A stretch of DNA of 64,000 bases, taken from NCBI GenBank assembly GCA_964016885.1, contig OZ024740.1:339512001-339576000 (forward strand), written 5' to 3'. This document shows, in pieces, positions 51,679-64,000 of the stretch. The notes under the pieces were generated by a model. The model worked only from the letters and a program-made list of their open reading frames with translations, did not search any database and was not told the origin of the DNA. How positions within the stretch are numbered: the first letter of the stretch is position 1; every line of letters starts with the position of its first letter. Made by a program: the position numbers and the translations under genes. This DNA is from Eledone cirrhosa. Taxonomy: Eukaryota.

Positions 51679-54600
51679 ATCATCATCATCATCATCGTTT
51701 AACGTCCATTTTCCACGCTAGCATGGGTCTGGACGGGAATTGTCCCACTTGAGGCAAGATTGGTTGTCTTGCTCAGGACTGTCTGGCGGGTTTTCTACGG
51801 CTGGATGCCCTTCCTAACACCAACCACATTTACAGTGTGGACTGGGAGGTTTTTACCATGTAACCTACATGGCCACATTACAACGTGGACTGTGTGTTTT
51901 TTTGTCATGACACCTACACGACCTCATTTATTTAGGACTGGATGTTGTGGTACCAACATAGCTTTACATCGAAAGGGCTGGTGTAGATGGCGGTGGGGGT
52001 AGCGTTAGTGGGACGGGGTGTATTTTGGTTAAGAGGTGCCTACTGACTGTAGGTTTCGCTTTGTTCTTAGGCAAGGCGGGTCTTCTGTATTACTATGTAG
52101 TGCCAAAGATCTCGGTCCAGTGACATTGTCTTGGAGAGGTGTAAGTGTGTGAGGTCGGATTTTATCAAGTCGTCCCAGGTTTTTCTGGGTTTGCCTACTC
52201 CGTAGCTACCGTCTATTTTAATCACCCTGCACTTTTTTATACAGCTGTCATCTTTCATGCGCATCATGTGACCATACCAACATAGTCTTCTCTCGAGTAA
52301 ACAGCATCTGATCCCTCTTATTCCTAATTTCTCACTTAGTTCATTTATGCTTTGCCGTTCGCGTATATTACTATTACACATCCAACGGAGCATGCAAACT
52401 TCGTTCCTGTGCAGTCTGCATAGATCCTCTGCACACAAGGCCCATGTCTCACTGCCATGTAACATCGCTGTTCGTATGCAGGCATCATACAGCCTGCATT
52501 TTATTTTTAGAGAGAAACCTTTAGCAGCCAATAGTGGTATAAGCTCTCTGAACTTTTCCTATCCCGTTCTGACTCTAGCTACTGTACTTTCAGAGCACCC
52601 TCCCTCACTGCTGATTTTGTCACCCAGGTAACTGAAGGTGTCCACTATTCCTATAGAACCATTTGGGCAATGGAATGAGCTAGTATTCTGTGGGCATTTG
52701 CTGCTACTTATTGCACCAGAGCACTGGCCACATATAAAATCTATATTCTTAGTTAGCTTACCAGTGATCCCACTACATCTTTTATGCACCCATACTTTGC
52801 ATTTGGGACATAAAATGAAGTTTCTGCCTACTCCTTTCCTACACACTGAGCATGGCCATTTCCAAGATGGGACCAGTGCTCTATTCTCCTTCCTACATAT
52901 TAGGACTTTAGTCTTAGACAAGTTAATTTTAAGGCCTTTTGATTCTAGGCCATGCTTCCATGTTTAGAATTTCTTCTCTAGCTCAGCCATTGATTTGGCT
53001 ATGAGCATTAGATCATCTGCGTATAGAACTTCCCATGGGCAGCCGGTCTTGAACTCCTCCGTTATAGCTTGGAGGGCGATAATAAATAGGAAGGGGCTAA
53101 GGACGAGCCCTGATGAACACCAACTTTTATGCTAAACTCTTCACTATATTCATTCTTAATTCTAACCTCGCTGACTGTTTCTTTATACATGGCTTGTATA
53201 GCTCTCACAAGTCATTCATCTACACCTAGTTTTCTAAGAGCCCACCATATAATGGAGTGGGGGACTCTGTCAAAGGCTTTCTCCAGGTCTACAAAAGCTA
53301 AGTAGATGGGTTTACTTTTAGCTAGGTACTTCTCCTGTAGTTGTCGTACAATGAAAAGAGCGTCTGTGGTACTTTTACCTGACACAAACCCGAACTGCAT
53401 TTCGTCTAGATCAATTCGCTCTCTGATTAGTTGCACTATTACTTTTTCTGTGACCTTCATGACCTGGTCAATTAATTTAATGCCTCTATAGTTTCCCCTA
53501 TCTAGGGCGTCTCCTTTACCCCTGTAGCAGTTAATGATGATGCTGCTATGCCAGTCCTTTGGTACGACCCCATTCTGTATAACTTGGTTTACTATCCGGG
53601 TGACCATAGTGTGTCCCACCGTTCCAGATGCTTTCAGCATTTCAGCAAACTATTTCTGAAGGCCCAGCCGCCTTGACCGTCTTCATATCATTGATTGCCT
53701 TACTTATTATACTACCTTCAACTTGCATGCTGGTTTCTCTATTGGATCAATGTGGGGGAGGCTGTCTTTCTCCCATTTATTCTCCTCATTTAGTAGCCTT
53801 TCGTAGTGACACTCCCAAGCTACCTTCTTATCAGCATCAGTGATGGCAAGTACACCATCATCATTATGGACACACTTCTCCCCAACAATATCACGGTTCT
53901 CCTTGACACATTGTCTAGCAATCTTGAACACCTCACGTTTTTGGTCCTCGCATTGTAGAACATGCTTGAACTTTCTTTCCTCTGCTTCCCTTCTTGCGAA
54001 GTACACATATCTCCTAGCTTCCCTCCTGGCCACTTGATAGTCTTTTCTACTTCCCCCATCCCGCCATGCTTTTCAAGCCTGCTTTTTGGCCTTGATCGAC
54101 TCCTCCACCTTACTGTTCCACCACCAAGTTACTGTCCTCCTGCCTATAGGTCTGCTCCAGCCACAGATGTCATGTGTCACCTTCAGCAGGTTAGCTTTCA
54201 GGAATTCCCTCTGTTTTTCTATATTCTACGACTCTAATTGCTCTTCCTTACTGTCAAAAGCATCAAGTAATATGCTTTTAAGTTTATTACTGGCTGTGGG
54301 GTCCTTTAACTTCCATATTTTTATGCTAAGGATAGTCCTCCTCTGTTGTCGAATACGTCTCGTCCTGACTATGAGGTCGCTAACTATGAGGCTATGTTGG
54401 GAGGTTCATTCTTCATGGGGTGAGATTTAGTGTTTACAACGGACACTCTGTCACGTCTTCTGGTAAGGATATAATCTATCTGACTGGCGTGTTCCCCTAA
54501 TCTATAGGTGATCAAGTGATTGTCTCGTTTTTTGAAGTTTGTGTTACAGATAGTTAAATTATTTGCATCATAGAATTCCAGGATTCTGGAGCCTTCCTCA

Positions 54601-55370
54601 TTTCTAGTAGCAAACCCATAGCCTCCATGGATTCCATCATAGCCATCACAGTGTTGTCCAACGAGACCATTTACGTCACCAGCAATAATTATATAGTCAC
54701 TGTCGGTTATTTGGGAGGTAATGAGCATTAACGACTCATAGAATCTGTCTTTTATAATGCCAGGCCGTCCGGATTGGGGTGCATACGCAGATATTATTGT
54801 CACAGTAGTTCTATTGAGGACAAGTCTTATTTTAATTATTCTGTCGTTCACTCTATTTACATCTATTATCTTATCTACCCATTTTTCTGCTAGCATGATT
54901 TCTACTCCACCCAGCCCATTGTCATTTCCCACCCAGAAAAGCTTATAGCATCGTTTTTTACCCACAATGAATCTAGCAGACCCACCCTCCATCTGGTCTC
55001 TTGAATACAGCAAACATCAACCTCCTTACATCAACCTCCTTATATCAACCTCCTTACATCAACCTCGTTAGAGCAACCTTTTAAGGTACCTACACTCATG
55101 GTGCCAACTCTGAAGTTTTTGATTGCGTTTGGTGGGTGGGAAGGACAGGACGCAGGGAGGGGTGAGGGGGATGGGGCTATGTTAGCTGTCCGCGGCCTAA
55201 ATAAAGAGGAGGAGTCCTTGCATTCTCGTCCGGCAGCATGAGGTGAATTTGTCTTTATCTTTGGCATTGTCACTGAGTGTCCAGATTTTTTCAGACTCTC
55301 CAGAATTCCATAGTCCATCCAGCATATCGAAAGGCAACCAGATCTAAACTTAAGAAGTGATAACAAAGGC
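51679..55370 (-). pseudogene. Near full-length, multiply frameshifted RTE family B element (EN + RT + PHD-like finger)
   Basis: Successive ORF fragments: EN (SAYAPQ, GDVNG, QIDYIL; 54384-55013), linker, RT (NYRGIKL, DLEKAFD; 53212-53640), finger (52559-52921), C-terminus (52067-52531), then (gat)n tail. The 5' UTR may extend to ~56017. Confidence 0.9.
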
Positions 55371-56018
55371 CGCTGACTTATGATTGGTCCAAATAATAAT
55401 GGTGGTGAGTGGGGGTGAGAGGGAGGGATCTGGAGTAGTTAGCGAGAAGGTTATAAAATAAAATCCACGAAATTTTGGCCATCATTGAACGAGTAATAAG
55501 GGAAGAATTATGGGATTTTAAAATACAAGAAGATTATTCTGAACGATCAGACAGAATTATCGAATAGCATTGAAAAAGAAAAGGTCGTATTCTGGACGAT
55601 ATGATACAGATAGATGAATGGACCAGGTAAACATGGAGAGACGAGAAAATAGGAATTCGTACATTACATTTCACAGAAGAGCAAGCGAGCGATGTAGCCA
55701 AGAATATGGGTCGACAAATTCTGAGTTTCGTACCCCGCAACACTTTATTTTATATTTGAAGAGAGAGGGGATGGGATTGAGAGAGAGCTAGCAGGCATGT
55801 ATACAATGTATGGGGGGGGGGGGAGAATAGTAGGGAGCACGAAGGTTATTTTATAAAATCCTAGAATTTCGACCATATTTAAACGAGCAAGGAGGTTATT
55901 TTATAAAAATAAAAATCGAGAGAAGTTTATATAATAAAATCCACGAATTTTTGGCCATAATTGGACGAGCATATAACTAGGGTAATTAGCGAGAAAGTTA
56001 TAAAATCAAATCCACGTG

Positions 56019-56060
<42 letters not shown>

Positions 56061-56717
56061 CATTGTGGGAGGACATTGTGGAAGGTACATGTGTGAGAAA
56101 TGCATTGTGTAAAGTTGTGTATATATATATGTGTGTGTTATGTATGTCTATTTTATGATACCTGTGCATTTCACAATGACTGTGTATAGTGTTGTTGTTC
56201 TGTTGTATGAAAGTGTTTTGTGATGAATATGTGCTGGCCAGTATGTTTGTGTAATGTATAATGTATGACATGTGGGCATATATGAAGTGTGTCGTGTGAG
56301 TTATTTATGTATGTGTATACTGCATGTCTACATTGTGTCAAGAGTTTATGTTGCCCAATGCAACATGTGTATGTATTCTGTGATGGGTGTAAATATATGC
56401 ATGCTATGCGAAGAATTTACCTTTTATAAGTATCTCTCTCTCTCTCTCTGTTTTGGTCTTGTATACTATTTCAGTATCATGTGCAACAGTATTTTGGCAT
56501 AAATCTCCTGTTGGAAACCTTATCCCCCATTTCTAGTACAGAATTACATAACATCACTATCTGATCTTTGGGAATCTTTAGTATATTTCTTACCTTAATG
56601 GATCAGATATCCTGTCTGGATTTCTCTTCTATCAAGTCCCATTCTCAAGCAAAAATTTGCCAGAATCCTTAAGGTAATCGATAGCATGTAACTGATATCT
56701 ATAAAGATAAATTGCAA

Positions 56718-56765
<48 letters not shown>

Positions 56766-57071
56766 TATTATTTTGAACAGTATATAATGGAAGAAAGCAT
56801 TACCTTCTCATATAGATACATAAATAGATACATATGTATTATTATTCTATACTTTTCCCCTTCTTTGGTATTTAGGGAACTATCAAGGTGAAAGACATTC
56901 AAAATTACAAATAGAAACATGTATACATATATTTATATATATATATATGTATATACACATATTTATATATATGTATATATACAATTCAATATATGAGAGG
57001 GATGAACACCAATACAAGTATACATGTGTTTGAATTGTAAATATATATATATATATTTACAATTCGAACAC

Positions 57072-57120
<49 letters not shown>

Positions 57121-57944
57121 TATGTATATATATATATATATAAATATATGTATATATATATATATATATATATAAATATATACACACACACACACACACA
57201 CATATATATATCATCATCATTTAACATCCATTCTCCCTGCTTGCCACAGTGTATGTATATGTATAGGCACACACACATATATGTATATAGAAAGGAGAGA
57301 GAGAGAGATGTATAGCAAGGAATAAGCAGGAGCTTGTCAACAATACATTGAAACAGTGAATAGTTATCACTTTATACCAATTTTCCTCGTTATTCAATTC
57401 AGTCATGTAGTTCCCAACCAACCCTAAGGGGATAAAAAAAAATTTCTTCCCCTTCTCCAGAATCTATTTTTCGGAAAATTTAATTCCCTAACATTTGCTT
57501 TCACTAAAGGATAAAAATTACAAAAAAACAAAAACAAGGAAAGGAAATTGTAATATCATTGTCATCATTATCAACTCCTTAGTGTTTCTATACTGGAATG
57601 GGCTTTTGAGGCAGTGTTTTGTGACCAGATGCTCTTCCTGGTGCCAACTCTTTCCATTGATTCTCACATCACATATACATATGATGTACCTATTCTAAAA
57701 CTTGGACACACAATGATAGCTGTGCTACACAAGGACAACTTGTTTATATAATACTCATGTATAAGCTACTAAGAGTGTTGGATTATATGCCTTATAATAT
57801 GTTTTATCTCAGTGTGCTCTGAGTTCAAATCCTGCTATGGTTAACTTTGCCTGTCATAATTTCAAGATTGATAAAACAGTCCAGTACCTGGACTGTTTCT
57901 TCTTCTATATCTTTTTATGTCTTTCTCTCTCTCACTGTCGCTCC

Positions 57945-57981
<37 letters not shown>

Positions 57982-58727
57982 AGAAAATGGTTGTAGTCAG
58001 ATCTGGAGATGGATGGACTCAGCTATGTTTAAAATGCCCATCACATACCATGTATCAGGACAGTGCCCGTGCGACTACATCAGGAGTTAGGGCTGGCTCT
58101 TCCCTTTCCATATTCATGTACACATCCAAGTCACACATCCATTTTACATCCGACATTTCCAATGTACCATATATCTTAAATTGCATTGTTGTAGGCCCAG
58201 CAGAGAAGTCATATGCTGAATTTTATGCATAATTTCATTGTAAAAATGCAACTTAGACATAAGTATATACTGTAAATAGTATATATAATATGCTACCGTG
58301 GAAGATGGACGTTAAACGACAATGATCATGTTGAATAATTTATGTAAAATAATTAATGTTATATATGTAGACATGTACCCAAACTTCTTAACCAAAGAAC
58401 TATAAAAGAATACAGCAGCTATATAATTGATAACATATCTCTCATACTATATCTATAGCATAATATATATATACTCATAAACACATACAGGTACATATAT
58501 ATGTATTTGTGAGTATATATGTGTGTTTGTGTGTGTGTAAATAATGATGATGATGAATTCATATAATCCATCCATGTTCCAATGTTTCTGCATTTTTTTA
58601 ATATAAGCAGAATCTAGATAGTTAATTTGAAATGTGTGCGTATTCCATATGAGCATGTAACTGCATACATATCTGACATATTGGATTTATTCATATAGAA
58701 CATATATATATGTATGTATGCAATTAA

Positions 58728-58796
<69 letters not shown>

Positions 58797-61700
58797 TATA
58801 TGTATGTATGTATATGTATGTATTTATGTATAGGTATGCATATATATGTATTTATGTATATGTATGCATATATATGTATATATGTATATGTATTCATATA
58901 TATGTATGTATATACATATATGCATTAATATATATGTGTATGTATATATATATATACATGTATGTATTTATATTTATGTATATATATGTATGTAATGAAA
59001 ACACATTCTTATCGTGTATTTTCTCCTCTCTATATTATATGTATGTATATATATATATTTATATGCATATATATGTGTGTATATATATATATGTAAGTGT
59101 ATGTATAAATGCATATATATATATGATTAATTGGAAACAAATATGTGTATGTACATTCATTTCATACATGTATTTATGTGTGTTTTTGTAAGTTCATACA
59201 AGAAATTACTTAAACACCAATATTCAAATACTTTTATTATTTAAGCAAATATCTATGAATTTATTTAATTTCTTTAAAAAAGGATGTTATTTTCTCATCA
59301 TCGGTGCTACTAAGCATCAGATCTGACATTTTGAAACTAAAGAAATCATAAATATATCACTGATAATTCAATTCTAGTGTTTGTTTTTTTAAATTCACAT
59401 GAATTTGAATTGTGGAGGTAACTGAATGTAGTGGTGGTGGTGTTGGGCGAGGAAGGAGGTGGAGAAGAAGAAGACAAAGATGAAGAAGATATAATAATTA
59501 ATGGGGGTGGGGAATAAACATTGACTACAACATTTCAAATGAAAAGCAAGCAAGCTTATCGAAATTCTAGGATTTAAATTGCGAAGGAAATGAAATTTAA
59601 GAAAAATATAACACTATTGAATTTAGCAAATGGAATCTTCTAACAAATTTGCTATAGATTTCCTGTGAACATAGAATCAAATTGGAGCTTATCATATTTA
59701 GGATGGGAAGAATTTTAGCTGATATCTCATGATAATTGGCAAAATGAACCGTGTCATTCCTGAGGCTTTTATAAACAAATCAACCTATGGCATCTTCATC
59801 TTAGATTCAGATTTCCTTCCTTGTGTTTTTGTATTATGGTTGGTGATTGCACATAATTCACACATGATTTTAGCTGGAAATATGTGAACACTCACACATA
59901 CACACACACATATATATAGATATATATTTATGCAAAAATAATTACACACAAATAGAAAGCATTGTCATGCCCAGACTCATAATGACACATACACACACAC
60001 ACATAAACTCACTGCCTTTTTATAGCATGATCACTCAATCTCAGTTTCTTTAATGTCATATCCCAACACAAACACACATACACTCACTCTCACAATGACA
60101 CACACGCGTAAACATAGATTCAAACACACACACACATACACATATTGGACGTACATAGTCTGTCTGTCTGTCTCTTTGGCTTTCTCCTCCCCTCTCCCTT
60201 ACCTTCCTTTGAAATGGATCTCCAGCAGTTTCAATGATGAGCATTGAGCATTCAATAAATAGAACAACTTGTTCATGAAATGAACCTGTAAATGGCTGAG
60301 TATTTCACAGACACATGTAATTTTAAGGTAATTCTTAGTGAGATTCAGTGTGACACAATGTGTAACATAGCTGATCCATTGAATTATGGTTCAGCTCATC
60401 TGACGGACTTCCAAACAGTTTCTATCTACCTAATTACACTCACAAGGCATGGGTCAACCTAAGCTAAGGTAAATGATACTTGCTCAAGATATCACATAAT
60501 GGGATCGAACTTGGTACCAAATGATTGTAAGGCAAACTTTGCCACCATTCAGTTATGCTGTGTCCACTACCTACCTTCTTTTACTTCTACATATAATCAC
60601 ACTGTCATAAACACTGTCACATATAACTGTTCTATCATTAATACATACAATTAAACATACATTGTTGACTGGTGGTAAGTTCATACTGAGCTATCTTTCT
60701 GAAGAAGGTTCAATTTAAAATTGGTCTCTCTTACCCTTGAGCAATATATATTACAATATATATATGTGTTTGTACAACATTATTTTTCTGGTACTGGGTA
60801 ATTTCTGGCCTTGTGCCAATAGTAGAAACAATTATTTTTTTCTGGCATTCTTTTACTGTATTCCGTTTGTAGTTAAAAATTGAATTGGTTATTCAAATTT
60901 CAAATAAATTTCTCTATTTTAATTATACTCTACTTGCTATATAAACAAGCTAACATAAATTAGTTTATTTTAACTGCTCCATCTCTCTCTCAACATTCTA
61001 CCTTCGTTTCTTTTATTTTATATTCTTTTATTGACAGCTTACACTAAGCTAGTCCCTTTTCTTTCTCTTTTCACCCTGAACCTGTCGATATGATATTCTT
61101 CCTACCACATAATACATCCATTTTGATCTATGTTTCCTTCTGTCTTGCATCTTCTGTTCTCCCCACCCCCTCTCTCTCTCTCTCTCTCTGTTTAAATTAT
61201 TCAATAGTAAACCTCCAAACACTGACATCTTTGATGGACAGTGAAATATGTTATAACACATCAGATACTATTTTAAATATAGAGAATATATATTTTATAT
61301 ATATTCTCTGTATTCTATATACTAAAGAATCTTCACAACTCTTTATCATAGTTACTATAGCTGTATGCCTTTCCTAATACCATCCACCTTACAGAGTGTA
61401 CTGGAGACATTTTATCAGTGCTAGTGTTAGAGAGATTTTTTCTAAATAAATAAAGCAAATCAATATATAACCACAAAATTTAGACTTCAAGTATATCCAC
61501 TTAATGTTAATTACCAATAATTTGTTTACTGAACATGTTTGTTTGTATATTTGGCTAATAATTATTTCTTTAATGATTGATGATCTGTGACAACTTTCAG
61601 GTTTGTTTTAATAACAAGACAACTACAACTCAAACTGTCTGCTCACATCTAACTAAAAATCTTGCTGCAAATGACAAGCAATGTTCTAATATTCACTAGT

Positions 61701-62157
61701 TAATCAAACTGTTAAAAGAAGAGAATCTTAATTAGGCCAGTATGTTTGATATATAAGTAGAACTTATCAATAAATAGAGAAGTGTCATGTTTCTGCTATT
61801 TCCTAATCTTCTTAAAAGTTTCAAATTAACAACACTGTTAAATAATAACACTTATCATTGATACTACTTAATCATTCATTCCAAGAGAATATATTTTCTT
61901 TTGACACATGCCACAACATGCTAATGGTAATAATGTTCAATTGAAGTAGTAGTTTCCTTATACTTTTCTTTCTTTTATTTAAAAGTTCTTTTCCTTCCAT
62001 TCATAAATTGCTGCCACATTTTACTTGACATCCAAGCAAGTTTCATTACTGCTACACAAAGTAATTAATGGCTTTAAATTTTTATTTTATTTCTTTGTGT
62101 ATGAGTGTGTTTTTAAATTTCTAAATTTCTCTTCTGATAGCACACACACATATAATT

Positions 62158-62665
62158 ATCATCATCATCGTTTAACGTCCATCTTCTACGCTTCCATGGG
62201 TTTGGACGGGAGTTTTCCCACTTGAGGCAAGATTGGTTGTGCTGCTCGTATAGGACTGTCTGGCAGGTTTTCTACGGCTGGATGCCCTTCCTAACACCAA
62301 CCACATTTACAGTGTGGACTGGGAGGTTTTGACCGTGTTACCTACACGGCCACATTACAGCGTGGACTGTGTGTTTTTTTGTCATGACACCTACACGACC
62401 TATATATATATATATACCTTTTACATATATATATAACGAAAGAATTGTGGTAAGGAACCAGATGGACCATAACGCACCAGAGTACTCAATACTTAGGGTA
62501 GTATATATATATATAAGATAATAGACGTAAATAGAGTGAACGACAGAATAAGACAGACAGCCAGTCCTATACGAGCAAGACAACCAATCTTGCCTCACGT
62601 GGGACAATTCCCATCCAAACCTATGCAAGCGTGGAAGATGGACGTTAAATGATGATAATGATGAT
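62158..62665. mobile_element. Two oppositely oriented RTE family B 3'-end fragments (62158-62400 minus; 62560-62665 plus) around a Penelope-like end
   Basis: Both match the family B 3' UTR and tail. Confidence 0.75.
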
Positions 62666-62854
62666 GCTATATATATATTATATATATATATACATTTTAT
62701 TATATAATATATATTATATAACATCATATATATATATATATATATTTATTTATTAAAATAACAGATTAAAGTTTAAGCAAAGAATTGCTTTCACCCTTTG
62801 GATTTTAGTCTTCAAATTTATTATTATTACTGTGTGTGTGTGTGTGTGTGTGTG

Positions 62855-62907
<53 letters not shown>

Positions 62908-62911
<4 letters not shown>

Positions 62912-63349
62912 AAGTTTTATTTAAAATTGTTGGGTTACAACAAGTAAATATTTTATAACTGATATAAAGCACTCGACAAGTTTTGGAGTAGATATACGAT
63001 ATTAAACAAATGGAAACTATATTTATAAAACCATATTTATTTCATTATACATATTTCGGGGATACCATATTAAAAATATGGCATGCCTTCTTCAGATAAA
63101 ATACAATATATAAACAGTTTTATAAATAACTTTGACGTACCATAAATATTGAGCAACCGTTATGTAGGAAACCGGCTTCCTACATAACAGTTGCTCAATA
63201 TTTATGGTACGTCAAAATTATTTATAAAACTGTTTATATATTGTATTTTATCTGAAGAAGGCATGCCATATTTTTAATATGGTATCCCCGAAATATGTAT
63301 AATGAAATAAATATGGTTTTATAAATATAGTTTCCATTTGTTTAATATC

Positions 63350-63355
<6 letters not shown>
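62908..63355 (-). mobile_element. Fold-back element, probable Penelope-like pseudo-LTR with inverted copy
   Basis: Near-perfect palindrome 62992-63355 centred at 63173/4 (~180-bp arms, 2 mismatches seen plus one at the centre), with a hammerhead in each arm, in (TA)n. Confidence 0.7.
63244..63309 (+). ncRNA. Type I hammerhead ribozyme motif (mirror copy 63038-63103 minus)
   Basis: tattttat-CTGAAGA-[aggc atgccatat..atatggtat ccc c]-GAAAT-atgt-ATA-atgaaata. Same family as 38111 but with a different stem II. Confidence 0.72.
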
Positions 63356-63447
<92 letters not shown>

Positions 63448-63494
63448 GATATTAAACAAATGGAAACTATATTTATAAAACCATATTTATTTCA

Positions 63495-63830
63495 TGGCTT
63501 AGTGGTTAGAGCATTGGCCTTGCAATCGAAAGGTTGTGAGTTCAATTCTCAGACCGGGTGGTGAGTTGTTTCCTTGAGCAAGACACTTTATTTCACATTG
63601 CTCCAGTTTACTCAGCTGTATAAATGAGATGATAGGGACTGGGATCCATATCATTCCACTGCAAAAGTGGTCGTGGAGGTGCCATGGCAAAAAAGCACCC
63701 AGCACTCACTGTAAATGAGGTTGGTGTTAGGAAGGGCATCCAGCTGTAGAAATCAAGCCAGAATCAGTTCCCATCCCACCCTTGCAAGCAGGGAAAAGCG
63801 GACGCAAAATGAAATGAAATGATAAATGAT
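63495..63830 (+). mobile_element. tRNA-derived SINE, same family, full length
   Basis: Colinear with 43945-44281. Confidence 0.85.
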
Positions 63831-64000
63831 ATTTATATTTATATGTTATATATTTATATACTATATATTTATATATATTATATATATACATTATATAATA
63901 TAATATATATTATATAACATATATCATATATATATATAGGATAACAAATTATCATTATAGGTAATCCAGTTAGAGGTTGTGAGTACTCCGTATTGAGGAT

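Overview
AT-rich, microsatellite-dense eukaryotic (animal) genomic DNA. The SINE/LINE repertoire and (TA)n/(CA)n load suggest a cephalopod such as an octopus, which is an inference. No host protein-coding gene can be supported. Almost all listed ORFs are microsatellite artefacts or retroelement debris. The main contents are: (1) one apparently intact, young RTE-clade LINE (7597-11997) with a 1181-aa ORF (APE endonuclease, RT and three C-terminal C2H2 fingers), flanked by a ~400-bp direct repeat (7197-7596 / 11998-12401) that looks like a giant target-site duplication and copies almost a whole SINE; (2) many decayed copies of a second RTE family with a PHD-like finger and (GAT)n tail, plus tRNA-derived SINEs sharing that tail; (3) a cryptic set of non-coding, (TA)n-embedded fold-back elements carrying type I hammerhead ribozyme motifs and a shared sub-terminal motif, most likely pseudo-LTR remnants of several Penelope-like families; (4) TTAA-flanked MITEs, a mariner-like fragment, minisatellites and a local ~670-bp duplication. 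All alignments and folds were done by eye, so the edges of decayed repeats are approximate.
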